From an uncultured Candidatus Saccharibacteria bacterium (GTDB taxonomy: Bacteria; Patescibacteriota; Saccharimonadia; Saccharimonadales; 2-12-FULL-41-12), in the NCBI GenBank assembly GCA_947085855.1, contig CAMTYB010000001.1:564427-628426 (forward strand): a DNA stretch of 64,000 nt, read 5' to 3'. A program made the position numbers and the translations under genes. Under the pieces are notes generated by a model that did no database searches, was not told the DNA's origin, and saw only the letters and a program-made list of their open reading frames with translations. Positions 9,078 to 18,839 of the stretch are shown piece after piece; position 1 is the stretch's first letter; each line of letters begins with the position of its first letter.

Positions 9078-10538
9078 ATGGTTTGGCGCCAAAGCAGACT
9101 CCACATTTCATGGCTTATCGGCTGGTTATGCCTTGGCTTTGTGGTTGGAGTCTTTGTTTCCAAATTTGCACCCAGCTGGCTGTTTGGGCTAACAAATTCC
9201 TTTTGGATGGTCGCTATAAGCTTAGTTGTAGCACTGAGTTTATTACGCTACAAGTGGTGTTTGGTGCTGATATTTATTTGTGGTGGCGTACTCGGTGTTT
9301 ATAAGGCCGGCTTTTTAATTCATGATCTCCAGGCGTACCAGCCGTATTACGGGAATACTCTGACAATAAGTGGCACGGTAGCGCAGGATACTTCTTATAG
9401 CGAAAAGGGCGAGCAGCGCATCAGCTTGAATAGGATATCAATTGACGGCCAGGCTTTAGCGGGAGAAGTGTGGGCAAGTGCCGGTAAGGCAGATATCAAA
9501 CGTGGTGATCAAATTAAAATCCGTGGCCAGTTGGATGTTGGCTTTGGCACTATGGCGGCAACCATGTATCGAGCTGAGATTGTAGAAATTGTCAGACCTA
9601 ATCCTGGTGATGTGGCTCGGCGGGTGCGAGATTGGTTTGGAGCCGGAGTGAGAGTCGCTATTCCAGAGCCAGGTGCTAGCTTGGGGCTTGGCTATCTAGT
9701 TGGTCAGCGTAGTGCTTTGTCGCCGGAGCTCGAAGAAGCTATTAAGACAGTCGGGTTATCTCACGTTGTAGTTGCCAGTGGCTACAATCTAACGATTTTA
9801 GTTACCTTTGCTCGTCGTCTGTTTGTGAACTATTCAAAATACCTAGCTACTTTATTTAGCATCATCATGATACTTGGATTTATGCTGGTCACTGGCTTTA
9901 GCCCATCGATGTCGCGTGCAGGACTAGTGGCTATACTGAGTCTGCTTGTCTGGTACTACGGGAGGGGCATGCATCCATTTGTCATGCTGTCATTTGCCGC
10001 AGCTGTGACGGTCTTTATTAAGCCCTCATACGCGTGGGGTGACCTTGGGTGGAGTCTGTCATTTACGTCATTTGTAGGCGTTATTGTATTGGCACCACTA
10101 TTACATCATTACTTCTGGGGCCTAGAAAATAAACCATCTTTGGTACGAGGACTGTTGGTCGAAACATCTTCGGCCCAGATATTCACCACGCCACTTATAC
10201 TCGGTACATTCGGGCTGCTGTCTGTTTACTCGTTGCCCGCAAATATGCTGGTGCTACCGTTTGTGCCCTTTGCAATGCTGTGTACCTTTATTGCTGGAGT
10301 GGCTGGCTTGGCCGTGCCCATATATGCCGACTTAGTTGGTTTACCGGCACACGTACTGCTGACTTACTCAATAAAAGTTATTACTACCTTCGCCGATTTG
10401 CCATTTGCTCGCAGCGAGCTAATGCTTAACCTTCCGTTAATGATCGTTAGCTATATTGGACTTGCTTGCCTAGTAGTGTTTTTAAAAAGGAGGACCAAAC
10501 ATGACTTTCGCAATACCAAACATGATCCGTTTGATTAA
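9078..10538 (+). CDS. comEC: DNA internalization competence protein ComEC/Rec2 (competence domain only, no beta-lactamase domain)
   Basis: 486 aa polytopic membrane protein with an N-terminal OB-like periplasmic segment (DUF4131-like) and the ComEC core. Confidence 0.75.
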   Translation: MVWRQSRLHISWLIGWLCLGFVVGVFVSKFAPSWLFGLTNSFWMVAISLVVALSLLRYKWCLVLIFICGGVLGVYKAGFLIHDLQAYQPYYGNTLTISGTVAQDTSYSEKGEQRISLNRISIDGQALAGEVWASAGKADIKRGDQIKIRGQLDVGFGTMAATMYRAEIVEIVRPNPGDVARRVRDWFGAGVRVAIPEPGASLGLGYLVGQRSALSPELEEAIKTVGLSHVVVASGYNLTILVTFARRLFVNYSKYLATLFSIIMILGFMLVTGFSPSMSRAGLVAILSLLVWYYGRGMHPFVMLSFAAAVTVFIKPSYAWGDLGWSLSFTSFVGVIVLAPLLHHYFWGLENKPSLVRGLLVETSSAQIFTTPLILGTFGLLSVYSLPANMLVLPFVPFAMLCTFIAGVAGLAVPIYADLVGLPAHVLLTYSIKVITTFADLPFARSELMLNLPLMIVSYIGLACLVVFLKRRTKHDFRNTKHDPFD

Positions 10539-12027
10539 AGTAACACTGTACGCACTTTGTTTGCTGTATGTCTGTACCCAAGTTCATGCAGTGTCGGCAT
10601 TGGCAGCAAGCGAAGCAGCTGCTCCAAGTCTGGTAATAGCAGAGGTGGTACCGGGCACACAGCAATCGGCTTCTCAGGAATTTGTAGTTGTTGCAAATAA
10701 CAGCGATGCTGCCATTAACGTCACAAATATTTGTTTGATCTATTCAAGTGCGAGCGATGCTACATCCACTACGCTGGCTTGCATTACTCCTCCAAATCCC
10801 CAAACGCAACTGCACTTGCAGGCGCGAATGCGACTGGTGTTTGCGAGTAATGAGTTCGTGCAGTACTATCCGTCAGCTCAGCCATACGCCACCTTCAATG
10901 CCGGCTTATCTGCGAGCGGCGGTCACATAAAGTTACAGTCAGCAGACAAAACTAATCTGGATGTTGTGGGCTGGGGAAGTGCGACGCAGGCAGAGAATCA
11001 AGCGGTTGCTGCACCGCAAATAGGCAAAATGCTTCAACGCAAAACTTTAGAACAAGTGTTTATTGATACGCAAAATAATCTGAATGACTTCCAAAGTGTT
11101 GCCATGACTGTGCCAGCTTCTTCAAGCGATGTTCTATATGAAGAAATAGTAGAAGTGACACCGATTGATTTACCCAAACTACTTATTACAGAGTTGCTTC
11201 CAGATGTCGCTGGCGCTGATAGCGGTAAAGAGTTTATAGAACTATACAACGCCTCAGACGAAGCAATTAATTTGTATGGTCTTCGCTTGCAGTTAGGACC
11301 TGGCTTTACAAAATCATACCCTTTGTCGAATGTATCACTAGCTGCCCGTAGTTACTTTGTATTGAGCGATACGGATGTAGGTTTGTCTTTGCCGAACACA
11401 AGTAGCTCGCTACGTATTGTCGACATAGAGGACAGAATCATTACAGAAACGGAAGTCTATGTAGATTTAGGCGAAGACGTGGCCTGGGCATTGTCGAATG
11501 GTGCGTGGTACGCAACGTACCATCAAACACCTGGTGTAGATAATATTATTTTGGCGATCAAACCATGCGAGCCTGGGCAAGAACGAAGTGTCGACACTGA
11601 CCGATGCATAAATGCGATTAGCTCAGCAGTCTCTCCATCTGTTGCTTGCAAACCGGATCAAGAACGGAATCCTGACACAGGCAGGTGTCGAAAAATTGCT
11701 ACTGTTGCCGCTGCAACCACATGCAAGGCTGGCCAGGTTAAAAATCCGGAAACAGGTAGGTGCAAAAATGCTGCAGCTTCAACTCAAGCCAAGCCCTGCC
11801 CAGCTGGCCAAGAGCGTAACCCCGACACAGGTCGTTGCCGAAAGGCGGCTTCAAAAGTTAATAACAGCCAAAACGTAAAGGACGTTGCCTCACAATTATT
11901 AAAAAATAACATGTCGTGGTGGATGGCAGGGATGGGCGCTGCCGGGTCGGTTGGGTATGCGGCGTACGAATGGCGCAGGGACATTTTAGGTAGACTCGGA
12001 AGATTGCGGTCAAAATTTTTCAGCTAA
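10501..12027 (+). CDS. lamin-tail-domain (LTD) surface protein with four tandem Cys-pair repeats and a C-terminal TM anchor
   Basis: Two LTD-like beta-sandwich segments (ITELLPD..G....EFIELYN), then four repeats of C.(P/A)GQ(E/V)RNPDTGRC(R/K)K, then a TM helix WWMAGMGAAGSVGYAAY. Confidence 0.6.
   Translation: MTFAIPNMIRLIKVTLYALCLLYVCTQVHAVSALAASEAAAPSLVIAEVVPGTQQSASQEFVVVANNSDAAINVTNICLIYSSASDATSTTLACITPPNPQTQLHLQARMRLVFASNEFVQYYPSAQPYATFNAGLSASGGHIKLQSADKTNLDVVGWGSATQAENQAVAAPQIGKMLQRKTLEQVFIDTQNNLNDFQSVAMTVPASSSDVLYEEIVEVTPIDLPKLLITELLPDVAGADSGKEFIELYNASDEAINLYGLRLQLGPGFTKSYPLSNVSLAARSYFVLSDTDVGLSLPNTSSSLRIVDIEDRIITETEVYVDLGEDVAWALSNGAWYATYHQTPGVDNIILAIKPCEPGQERSVDTDRCINAISSAVSPSVACKPDQERNPDTGRCRKIATVAAATTCKAGQVKNPETGRCKNAAASTQAKPCPAGQERNPDTGRCRKAASKVNNSQNVKDVASQLLKNNMSWWMAGMGAAGSVGYAAYEWRRDILGRLGRLRSKFFS
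11560..11860 (+). repeat. four tandem ~69-bp coding repeats (Cys-x-PGQERNPDTGRC-RK units) inside the LTD protein gene
   Basis: Repeated peptide units read in the translation. Confidence 0.6.
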
Positions 12028-12120
12028 ATGTCATCCAAAATTTACATACTAAACTGTACTTAAGATTGAGCTATCTTGGTACACTAGGAACAACTAATTA
12101 GCCGAAGAAGGGAATACCAC

Positions 12121-12621
12121 ATGGATGATTCATCACAAGATAAGGGTAAAAATCCAGTTATCGCGGGCATTATAGTCGTAGCCATACTTGGTCTGCTGGT
12201 AGGTGGAGTGATCTTTTTCAACAAAAAAGACGAAGAGCCAACAGCCTCAACTACAAGTCAGTCGTCCAGCACGAGCCAGCCTTCATCTGACACTGCAACC
12301 GTAGAATCTGCCACCGGAACCTACAAGGACGGCACATACAGCGCTACAGGTAGTTATAACTCGCCTGGTGGCAATGAACGGATCGCTGTTGAATTGACGG
12401 TTCAGGGCGGCAAAATTACGAGTGCATCTGCCACCTCTCGTGCTGTTTCGCCCACTGGTAGCCAGTATCAAAAGCAATTTATTGGTGGTTTTAAGTCTGA
12501 AGTCGTTGGCAAGAGTGTCGACGATGTCGAGCTGACGACTGTATCCGGTTCTTCACTGACCCCACAAGGCTTTAACGATGCCCTCGGCCAAATCAAGCAG
12601 CAAGCCAAAACCACCAGCTAA
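12121..12621 (+). CDS. membrane-anchored FMN-binding domain protein (RnfG/NqrC-like FMN_bind; putative ApbE substrate)
   Basis: TM helix, Ser/Thr-rich linker, DGTY.ATG...GG...V.LTVQGGKIT fold and a candidate flavinylation motif TVSGSSLT. Confidence 0.65.
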   Translation: MDDSSQDKGKNPVIAGIIVVAILGLLVGGVIFFNKKDEEPTASTTSQSSSTSQPSSDTATVESATGTYKDGTYSATGSYNSPGGNERIAVELTVQGGKITSASATSRAVSPTGSQYQKQFIGGFKSEVVGKSVDDVELTTVSGSSLTPQGFNDALGQIKQQAKTTS

Positions 12622-13489
12622 GCACATCAGCTTTGAAGCTATTGGCACGAGCTGGACAATCCAGCTCTGGTCTAGCCAGATTGACGAAAAAAAACTGTTA
12701 CAACAGATACAGTATCGTGTGGAGTTGTTCGACAAGGCCTATTCACGCTTCAGGGACGATTCGCTCGTCACAAAAATCAGCAAACGTGGCGGCACGTATG
12801 AATTGCCAGACGACGCTGACAAGCTCATTAAATTGTATCGAACTATGTACGATCTAACAGACGGCCGGGTTACTCCGCTGATTGGGCAAACGCTTGCGCA
12901 AGCTGGCTATGACGCCGAATACAGCCTGCGACCTGGTAAGATTACCAAGCTGCCAACGTGGGATGAGGCAATGGTATATAAAAGTGATACACGGGAGCTT
13001 GAGACTAAATTACCAATTCTGCTCGATTTTGGTGCTGCTGGCAAAGGTTATTTGGTAGATATCATCACTGAGCTTCTGAAAGAAGAGGGCGTCAGCAGGT
13101 TCCTAGTTAATGGCGGGGGAGATATTCGGTATGTCGACAACAAAGCGGAACCAATCAAGGTAGGGCTAGAAAATCCAGACAATACAGAACAGGTGATTGG
13201 TATAGTTGAGCTGGCCAACCAAAGCCTGTGCGGTTCAGCCGGTAATCGGCGGCGGTGGGCGAATTTTCATCACGTTATTGATCCGCATATGCTCACTTCG
13301 CCCGAAGCTATCAAGGCAGTCTGGGTAGTAGCCGACAAGGCTATGGTGGCAGATGGTCTGACGACATGCTTGTACTTTGTTGAACCAGAAGAATTGCAGC
13401 AACAGTTTTTGTTTGAATATCTAATAATTACTGCTGACAATTCAATCCAGCATTCACAGCATTTTCCAGCAGAAGTATTTACAAGCTAA
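12578..13489 (+). CDS. apbE: FAD:protein FMN transferase ApbE
   Basis: 303 aa. AIGTSW, GAAGKGY, GGGDI motifs. Overlaps the upstream FMN-binding gene by 44 nt (operon). Confidence 0.8.
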   Translation: MPSAKSSSKPKPPAKHISFEAIGTSWTIQLWSSQIDEKKLLQQIQYRVELFDKAYSRFRDDSLVTKISKRGGTYELPDDADKLIKLYRTMYDLTDGRVTPLIGQTLAQAGYDAEYSLRPGKITKLPTWDEAMVYKSDTRELETKLPILLDFGAAGKGYLVDIITELLKEEGVSRFLVNGGGDIRYVDNKAEPIKVGLENPDNTEQVIGIVELANQSLCGSAGNRRRWANFHHVIDPHMLTSPEAIKAVWVVADKAMVADGLTTCLYFVEPEELQQQFLFEYLIITADNSIQHSQHFPAEVFTS

Positions 13490-13505
13490 ATGGTACTATC
13501 TAAGT

Positions 13506-14993
13506 ATGTTTAAAACACTTGATTACTACTTGCATAGAGTCACGATGCATAATTTACTACTCTTCAATCTTTCGGCTTTGGTAGTTCTGAGTCTTGTGTT
13601 TAGCCTGACTGGTTCGCTGCAATTTGAAACTACATCCTTGCTAGCAAGTGCGGTTATCTTAATGTCGGTATGTGTGGGCTTCAGTTTTCTATTTGCCAAG
13701 CTTTATGGCGCCACACTGACTGTTGGTTCGAGTGGCATTACTGGCTTGATTTTGTTCTGTATTTTTACACCACCCAAAGATGTAGGGGAGGCCATTACCT
13801 TGGCGCTCGTTGGTGCGCTGGCAATTGCTTCGCGCTATGTTTTGGCCATCAATCGACGACATATTTTTAATCCGGCTGCCATCGGCGCGGTTATTATTGG
13901 GCTGCTTGGTATTGTTCATGCCAGTTGGTGGATTGCCAATGACGTAATGGCGCCATTTGTCTTGTTGCTCGGCTTGTTGGTTATACGCAAGCTGCGACGC
14001 TGGGCGCTATTCGGCAGCTTTTTTGTTGTTGCCACTGCGCTAACGCTCGTTATGAACGCCGACACTGCTGCCACCACATCAGCGCTCCTGAAAGATACAT
14101 TCGTTTCGTGGCCAATCTTGTTCCTTGGCTTTTTCATGTTAACTGAGCCACTAACAACCCCACCACGACACAGACAACAGATAATCTATGGCGCTCTAGT
14201 AGGTGCCTTGGTAGGTTCCCCGCACCTGCATGTTGGGTCGGTGTTTTTGACACCTGAATTAGCGTTAGTTATCGGCAACCTGTATGCCTACAGCACGACC
14301 ATGCGGCAGCGGTTGAGCCTGAGGCTGCAGTCGAAAAAGGAAATTGCACCCGGTATCTTTGAGTTTGCTTTTAAGCCCAATGCTCGTCAAGAATTTCTGG
14401 CTGGCCAGTACGCAGAAGTCACCTTGCCAGTGCCTTTACTCAAACTGGACGCGCGCGGTAACCGACGCAGCTTTACGATAGCTTCAGCGCCAGGTAAGCA
14501 GGAGATGAGAATCGTTACCCGTTTTCCAGAGCGGGCCAGTAGTTTTAAACGGCAGCTTACTGGCCTCAAAAAGGGAGAGGCAATCTATATAAACTACATT
14601 GGCGGCGAGTTTGTGTTGCCAAAAGATCCAGATGAAAAGCTGGTTTTTGTAGCAGGTGGCATCGGCGTTACTCCATTTATAAGTATGGTAGAACATTTGG
14701 TTGAATCAAATCAGAAGCGAGACGTTACCTTGTTTTACCAAGTAGCAGATAAGAATCAGCTATTGTATGCGGAGCTCTGGCAAAAAGCAGAGAAGGTTGG
14801 TTTAAATCTGGTTCCGATGGTGGCAGGCAAGCAGTTTGATGCTAAAGTATTGCGCAAACACGTGTCAGATTTTAAAAATTGCCAGATTTATGTCTCTGGC
14901 CCACCGGGATTTGTGACGCATCAAGAGTCTGAACTGCGCACAGCAGGAGTGAAGCGGTCTCGGATTGTGACTGACTACTTTTCTGGCTATTAA
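13506..14993 (+). CDS. membrane-embedded FAD/NAD(P)-binding oxidoreductase (N-terminal 6-TM domain + C-terminal ferredoxin-NADP reductase-like module)
   Basis: RSFTIAS (FAD-binding R-x-F/Y-T/S) and GGIGVTPF (NAD-binding) motifs follow a ~230-aa polytopic domain. Confidence 0.7.
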   Translation: MFKTLDYYLHRVTMHNLLLFNLSALVVLSLVFSLTGSLQFETTSLLASAVILMSVCVGFSFLFAKLYGATLTVGSSGITGLILFCIFTPPKDVGEAITLALVGALAIASRYVLAINRRHIFNPAAIGAVIIGLLGIVHASWWIANDVMAPFVLLLGLLVIRKLRRWALFGSFFVVATALTLVMNADTAATTSALLKDTFVSWPILFLGFFMLTEPLTTPPRHRQQIIYGALVGALVGSPHLHVGSVFLTPELALVIGNLYAYSTTMRQRLSLRLQSKKEIAPGIFEFAFKPNARQEFLAGQYAEVTLPVPLLKLDARGNRRSFTIASAPGKQEMRIVTRFPERASSFKRQLTGLKKGEAIYINYIGGEFVLPKDPDEKLVFVAGGIGVTPFISMVEHLVESNQKRDVTLFYQVADKNQLLYAELWQKAEKVGLNLVPMVAGKQFDAKVLRKHVSDFKNCQIYVSGPPGFVTHQESELRTAGVKRSRIVTDYFSGY

Positions 14994-15157
14994 TCGGTGA
15001 CGTTACGTGAAAAGACCTTTTCGTAGCCGTAATTATGCCAAAAATATGAACTGAGGGCAGCGCCGACGGCTGCAAAAATGAGAATTACCGCTAGTACAGC
15101 GAGCGTGGCTTTCCATTCACCGCGCTTTGTTTTTTTCATAGCTCTAGTATAGCGTAT

Positions 15158-16615
15158 CTATGCTGTGGCGACGCTTTGGAGTTTACGAAGAGCGGCTTCC
15201 TTGATTGCTTCAAGAGACTTCTTCTTAACACCAACCTCAAGTGCCAATCCACGGAGGCTACCCGGGTCTTCTCGACAGCTCATGGTATCAAAGATATCTT
15301 CATAGGTACGGCCCATAAAAACAAAGCCTTTCAGATCATCCATCTGGAAGCCAAAATGAACGCTAACTACCAACATCTCGTCAAATGTTAAATCAGCCAG
15401 AAGAATGTACTCATTGATTTTTTGTCTGTCTACAATAGTGTCCAGCCTTGTTTCGACGAATTCTTTGGAGGGGATAAAGTCAACGAGAGTGTCAGCATCC
15501 ACGTCATCACTTACTGGCTGATCAAGTGAGGCTAGGTGGTAACTGCCGAACTGTTTGAATCTCTCAATGTCTTCGAGATCAGAGCCAGTGTGCGCAGCCA
15601 ACTCCTCATTGGTCGGCTCTCTTTCCCATTCCACCAGCAATTTTGACGCAGCTTTTCTGATTTTATCGTACTGTTCATTGACGTGAACCGGTATTCTCAC
15701 AAGGCGACTTGTATTGTGGATAGTTCGCTGTATTTCTTGTCTGATCCAGATCATACCGTATGTAGAAAAAGTAAACCCACGGTCCTCATCGAATTTTTCA
15801 ATAGCTGTGCGTATACCGAGCATACCTGCCATTAGTAGGTCATCTTTGCCGAGTGTATTTATTGACGTAGCCTTTCCTGAGGCAGTCCTCGCAGCCAATC
15901 GTATATTTGTAGTGTAAATTGCATGATACGCATAAGCGCCTTCGCGACAAACGTCATATAGTATAGACTCCTTGCTGGGATCTTGATTGCGATAGTACAA
16001 CTGATCGTAGGCTACAAGACCACGCTTGAGCTTCTTGAAAAGTATGCGAGCTTCCCACGGTTTTGGTATACGGTACATTTCTGACTGGCCAAGCAAATCG
16101 TCAAAAGCTTCACCTGTTAATTCAGGTAGGTAGCCGTCACGCTTTAGCTTCGAAGGGAACTGCTCATTAATGCGCGCCTGGGCTGAAGCATCATCTTTGA
16201 ATTCATCAGCCAAACCGTTGATCAGCAGTCGATGAGAATTTTCACTATACTTCCACAAACCTGTAGGCTCATCGGCAAAGAGTTCAGGAAGTTCCTCTTG
16301 TGCTCTTTTATAGTTAACAAAAGGCCTATCCAGGCCAACGATCACATGATCGTTCAAAGTGTTTTTTGATTTTACTGTGCTCACAGTACGCTGTTTGGCG
16401 CCTAACTGACTGGCTGGTCGAACTGTTGAAGCTATATGTTCGTTTGATTCATCTGAGTGAATATCGCTCAAGGGTTCAACAACATGCAGGTGAGGATTTA
16501 CTCCTGTTATCGCAGTTTCACCAAGCTCGGCAGACGTAGCCGGAACTGGAACAGGGATTGGGCGCTCAGGCTGGGTGCGGGCTGGATCGAGTTCTTGGGC
16601 TGAAGCTGTATGCAT
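15158..16615 (-). CDS. rpoD: primary-type RNA polymerase sigma-70 factor (regions 1.2-4 present, long non-conserved N-terminal extension)
   Basis: Region 2 IEKFDEDRGFTFSTYGMIWIRQEIQR and region 4 HTH. Start chosen at the Met preceded by AAAGG. The ORF track begins 72 nt upstream. Confidence 0.85.
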   Translation of the reverse strand: MHTASAQELDPARTQPERPIPVPVPATSAELGETAITGVNPHLHVVEPLSDIHSDESNEHIASTVRPASQLGAKQRTVSTVKSKNTLNDHVIVGLDRPFVNYKRAQEELPELFADEPTGLWKYSENSHRLLINGLADEFKDDASAQARINEQFPSKLKRDGYLPELTGEAFDDLLGQSEMYRIPKPWEARILFKKLKRGLVAYDQLYYRNQDPSKESILYDVCREGAYAYHAIYTTNIRLAARTASGKATSINTLGKDDLLMAGMLGIRTAIEKFDEDRGFTFSTYGMIWIRQEIQRTIHNTSRLVRIPVHVNEQYDKIRKAASKLLVEWEREPTNEELAAHTGSDLEDIERFKQFGSYHLASLDQPVSDDVDADTLVDFIPSKEFVETRLDTIVDRQKINEYILLADLTFDEMLVVSVHFGFQMDDLKGFVFMGRTYEDIFDTMSCREDPGSLRGLALEVGVKKKSLEAIKEAALRKLQSVATA

Positions 16616-16686
16616 AGAATTACCTTTAAAACAGCTTGTCACTACTGGGCGATGAATGCAAGCATAAGCAAACCTTAAAATATGCA

Positions 16687-16741
16687 AACGCCCAGGTTGT
16701 CCTGGGCGTTGTGCGTATTTAAACCTCGTGTGGTTTAAATA
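16687..16741 (-). terminator. two tandem stem-loops (AACGCCCAGG-TTGT-CCTGGGCGTT and TATTTAAACC-TCGTGT-GGTTTAAATA) downstream of the DUF308 gene and upstream of rpoD
   Basis: Perfect 10-bp stems read directly. Confidence 0.45.
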
Positions 16742-16756
16742 TAGGGGTTTTTCTAA

Positions 16757-17311
16757 CTATTTTTCTTCTTCGAGCTTTTTGACATCAAGCGCTAAGGCGA
16801 GTGTCAACGGTCCGGTTATCAAGGCGTAGAGGCCAAGTACCCAGACAAAGGCTACACCAGCACTTTCTGGCTGGAACAACAGCACAATACCAGCCAGCGC
16901 AGCGATGAGACCGCCAACTACCATGACTGTTTTATACATTGCGCTGCCTGACTCAAACAAGCCTTGCACAATATCGACTACGCCAATCAAAACAAGCGTA
17001 AAGCCAACCAATAGGATAAAGGTGGCAAACGATACGAGCGGATGTCGTAACAGATAGACACCAACGCCGATCTCGACAATGCCAAGCACCATCATTAGGA
17101 CTCGAGACAAGAATGACGAGTCAGAACCATACAAGTTTGTTAAACTGCTTACCAGCGTAACGAGACCGATTGCCAAAATGAATCCGGCAAACAGATATAC
17201 CAATGTTACGAGTGTGAGACCTGGCCAAAAAACGGCTGCAATACCGAATAAGATGGCAATGACGCCCCTAAACGCCAAACTTCCCCACACGTCATTTGCG
17301 TGCTTTTCCAT
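16757..17311 (-). CDS. HdeD-family (DUF308) small multi-pass membrane protein
   Basis: 184 aa, 6 predicted TM helices rich in G/A/V. Size and topology of the acid-resistance HdeD family. Confidence 0.5.
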   Translation of the reverse strand: MEKHANDVWGSLAFRGVIAILFGIAAVFWPGLTLVTLVYLFAGFILAIGLVTLVSSLTNLYGSDSSFLSRVLMMVLGIVEIGVGVYLLRHPLVSFATFILLVGFTLVLIGVVDIVQGLFESGSAMYKTVMVVGGLIAALAGIVLLFQPESAGVAFVWVLGLYALITGPLTLALALDVKKLEEEK

Positions 17312-17525
17312 ACCGTACCCTCCAATTATTTAAGTACTGCTCTTGTTATAGTACGTTTTCCTTAAATGTCAAAGCATTAGCGTTATAGTTCGCTTGAGTT
17401 TGTGCATAAAAAGTGCATAACTCAATATAATTACAGGGGTCATAGAACTTCAGGTAATTCTCAAGCCAGCCTCGTACTATACCTAGGCTGTCGACAGCAC
17501 ATAATAGTAAGCAAAAGGAGCAGCA

Positions 17526-18035
17526 ATGAATATAAAGAAGCCGTTGTTAGTGGCTGGCGTTGTTACAACCATCAGCGCAGCTGGATTAGCCGGGAATAAC
17601 CTGGCTTCAGCGGCCACAACAACATCTAGCACCGACTCACTTGTCGGTAAAATCGCTCAGAAGTTTAATTTGAAAGAGTCAGACGTTCAAGCAGTATTTG
17701 AAGATGATCGTAAAACCAAAGAAGCAGAGCGACAGGCCGTCATCGAGAAGGAACTGAGTGAGGCAGTTACTAAAGGCACCATAACATCCGAGCAAAAGGA
17801 TAAGATATTAGCCAAACGAGCTGAGCTACAAGCTCAGCGAGAGGCAGCGCGAGATTCGATGAAAGATAAAACCGATGCCGAGCGCAAAGCAGCTATGCAA
17901 ACAAAGCGTACCGAATTGGAGCAGTGGGCAAAGGATAATAACATCTCAACTGACTTTATGAAGTACGTCATGGGCCATGGTGGTGGCCGAGGACTCGGTG
18001 GACCTGGTGGTCCAGGAGGGCGAATGAACGAATAG
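17526..18035 (+). CDS. secreted charged helical protein with a C-terminal Gly/Pro tail; possibly the accessory periplasmic partner of the adjacent two-component system
   Basis: Signal peptide, K/E/R-rich helical region, GGGRGLGGPGGPGG tail. Confidence 0.45.
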   Translation: MNIKKPLLVAGVVTTISAAGLAGNNLASAATTTSSTDSLVGKIAQKFNLKESDVQAVFEDDRKTKEAERQAVIEKELSEAVTKGTITSEQKDKILAKRAELQAQREAARDSMKDKTDAERKAAMQTKRTELEQWAKDNNISTDFMKYVMGHGGGRGLGGPGGPGGRMNE

Positions 18036-18155
18036 AACAGTTTATCCATAACCGACCAACCCAGTCACTGCATGAGCAATCGTGCAGTGACTTTTAAGTT
18101 TAGAGCAGGGCAGCTATTTCAGTTTTTTCTCAGCCAAGCGACTATACTAGATAAC

Positions 18156-18839
18156 ATGAGAATACTTGTTGTTGAAGATGAACATAAGATAGCCAATGCT
18201 ATAAAACGTGGCCTCGAACAGCAGTCATATGCAGTCGACGTTGTATATACCGGAGATGATGGTAAGGCAATGGCGCTGACCGAGCCGTATGATCTGATGA
18301 TTCTTGACCGCATGCTTCCAGGTGGAATTGACGGGGTCGGCATTGTACAAGCCATGCGTAAAGAGGGTATCCATACGCCAGTCTTGCTTCTAACTGCTAA
18401 AGATAAAGTTATCGACAGAGTCGAAGGTCTCAACGCAGGAGCCGATGATTACTTAGTTAAGCCATTTGCCTTTGTCGAATTGCTAGCTCGTGTGCGGGCA
18501 TTGCTACGGCGACCACAGTCTGCTCAAGGCACCGTTTTGAAATACGCTGATCTACAGCTTGATCCCGAGGCTATGTTGGTTGAACGAGCAGGCACATCAA
18601 TTGCTTTGACTAGCAAAGAATTTGCCCTTTTGGAATATATGCTACGAAACCCGGAGCGTATTATTACCAAAGATGCCATCATCCAACATGTATGGGACTA
18701 CGATGCCGATATCTTGCCAAATACGGTTGAAGTCTATGTCGGTTATTTGAGAAGAAAGGTTGATCGTCCTTTCGCTAAAACCCCACCTTTAATTAATACC
18801 AAACGGGGATTTGGCTATTATTTTGGAACTAAATCATGA
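18156..18839 (+). CDS. OmpR/PhoB-family two-component response regulator
   Basis: Receiver MRILVVEDEH...D...LILD.MLPG. Winged-helix C-terminus. Start placed at the conserved MRIL Met. The ORF track starts 84 nt earlier. Confidence 0.85.
   Translation: MRILVVEDEHKIANAIKRGLEQQSYAVDVVYTGDDGKAMALTEPYDLMILDRMLPGGIDGVGIVQAMRKEGIHTPVLLLTAKDKVIDRVEGLNAGADDYLVKPFAFVELLARVRALLRRPQSAQGTVLKYADLQLDPEAMLVERAGTSIALTSKEFALLEYMLRNPERIITKDAIIQHVWDYDADILPNTVEVYVGYLRRKVDRPFAKTPPLINTKRGFGYYFGTKS

Noticed and set aside
12578-12621. Possible mis-called start of apbE because of a 44-nt overlap with the FMN-binding gene
   Set aside because: No alternative in-frame ATG/GTG/TTG lies between the upstream stop and the conserved AIGTSW motif, so the overlapping ATG is kept.
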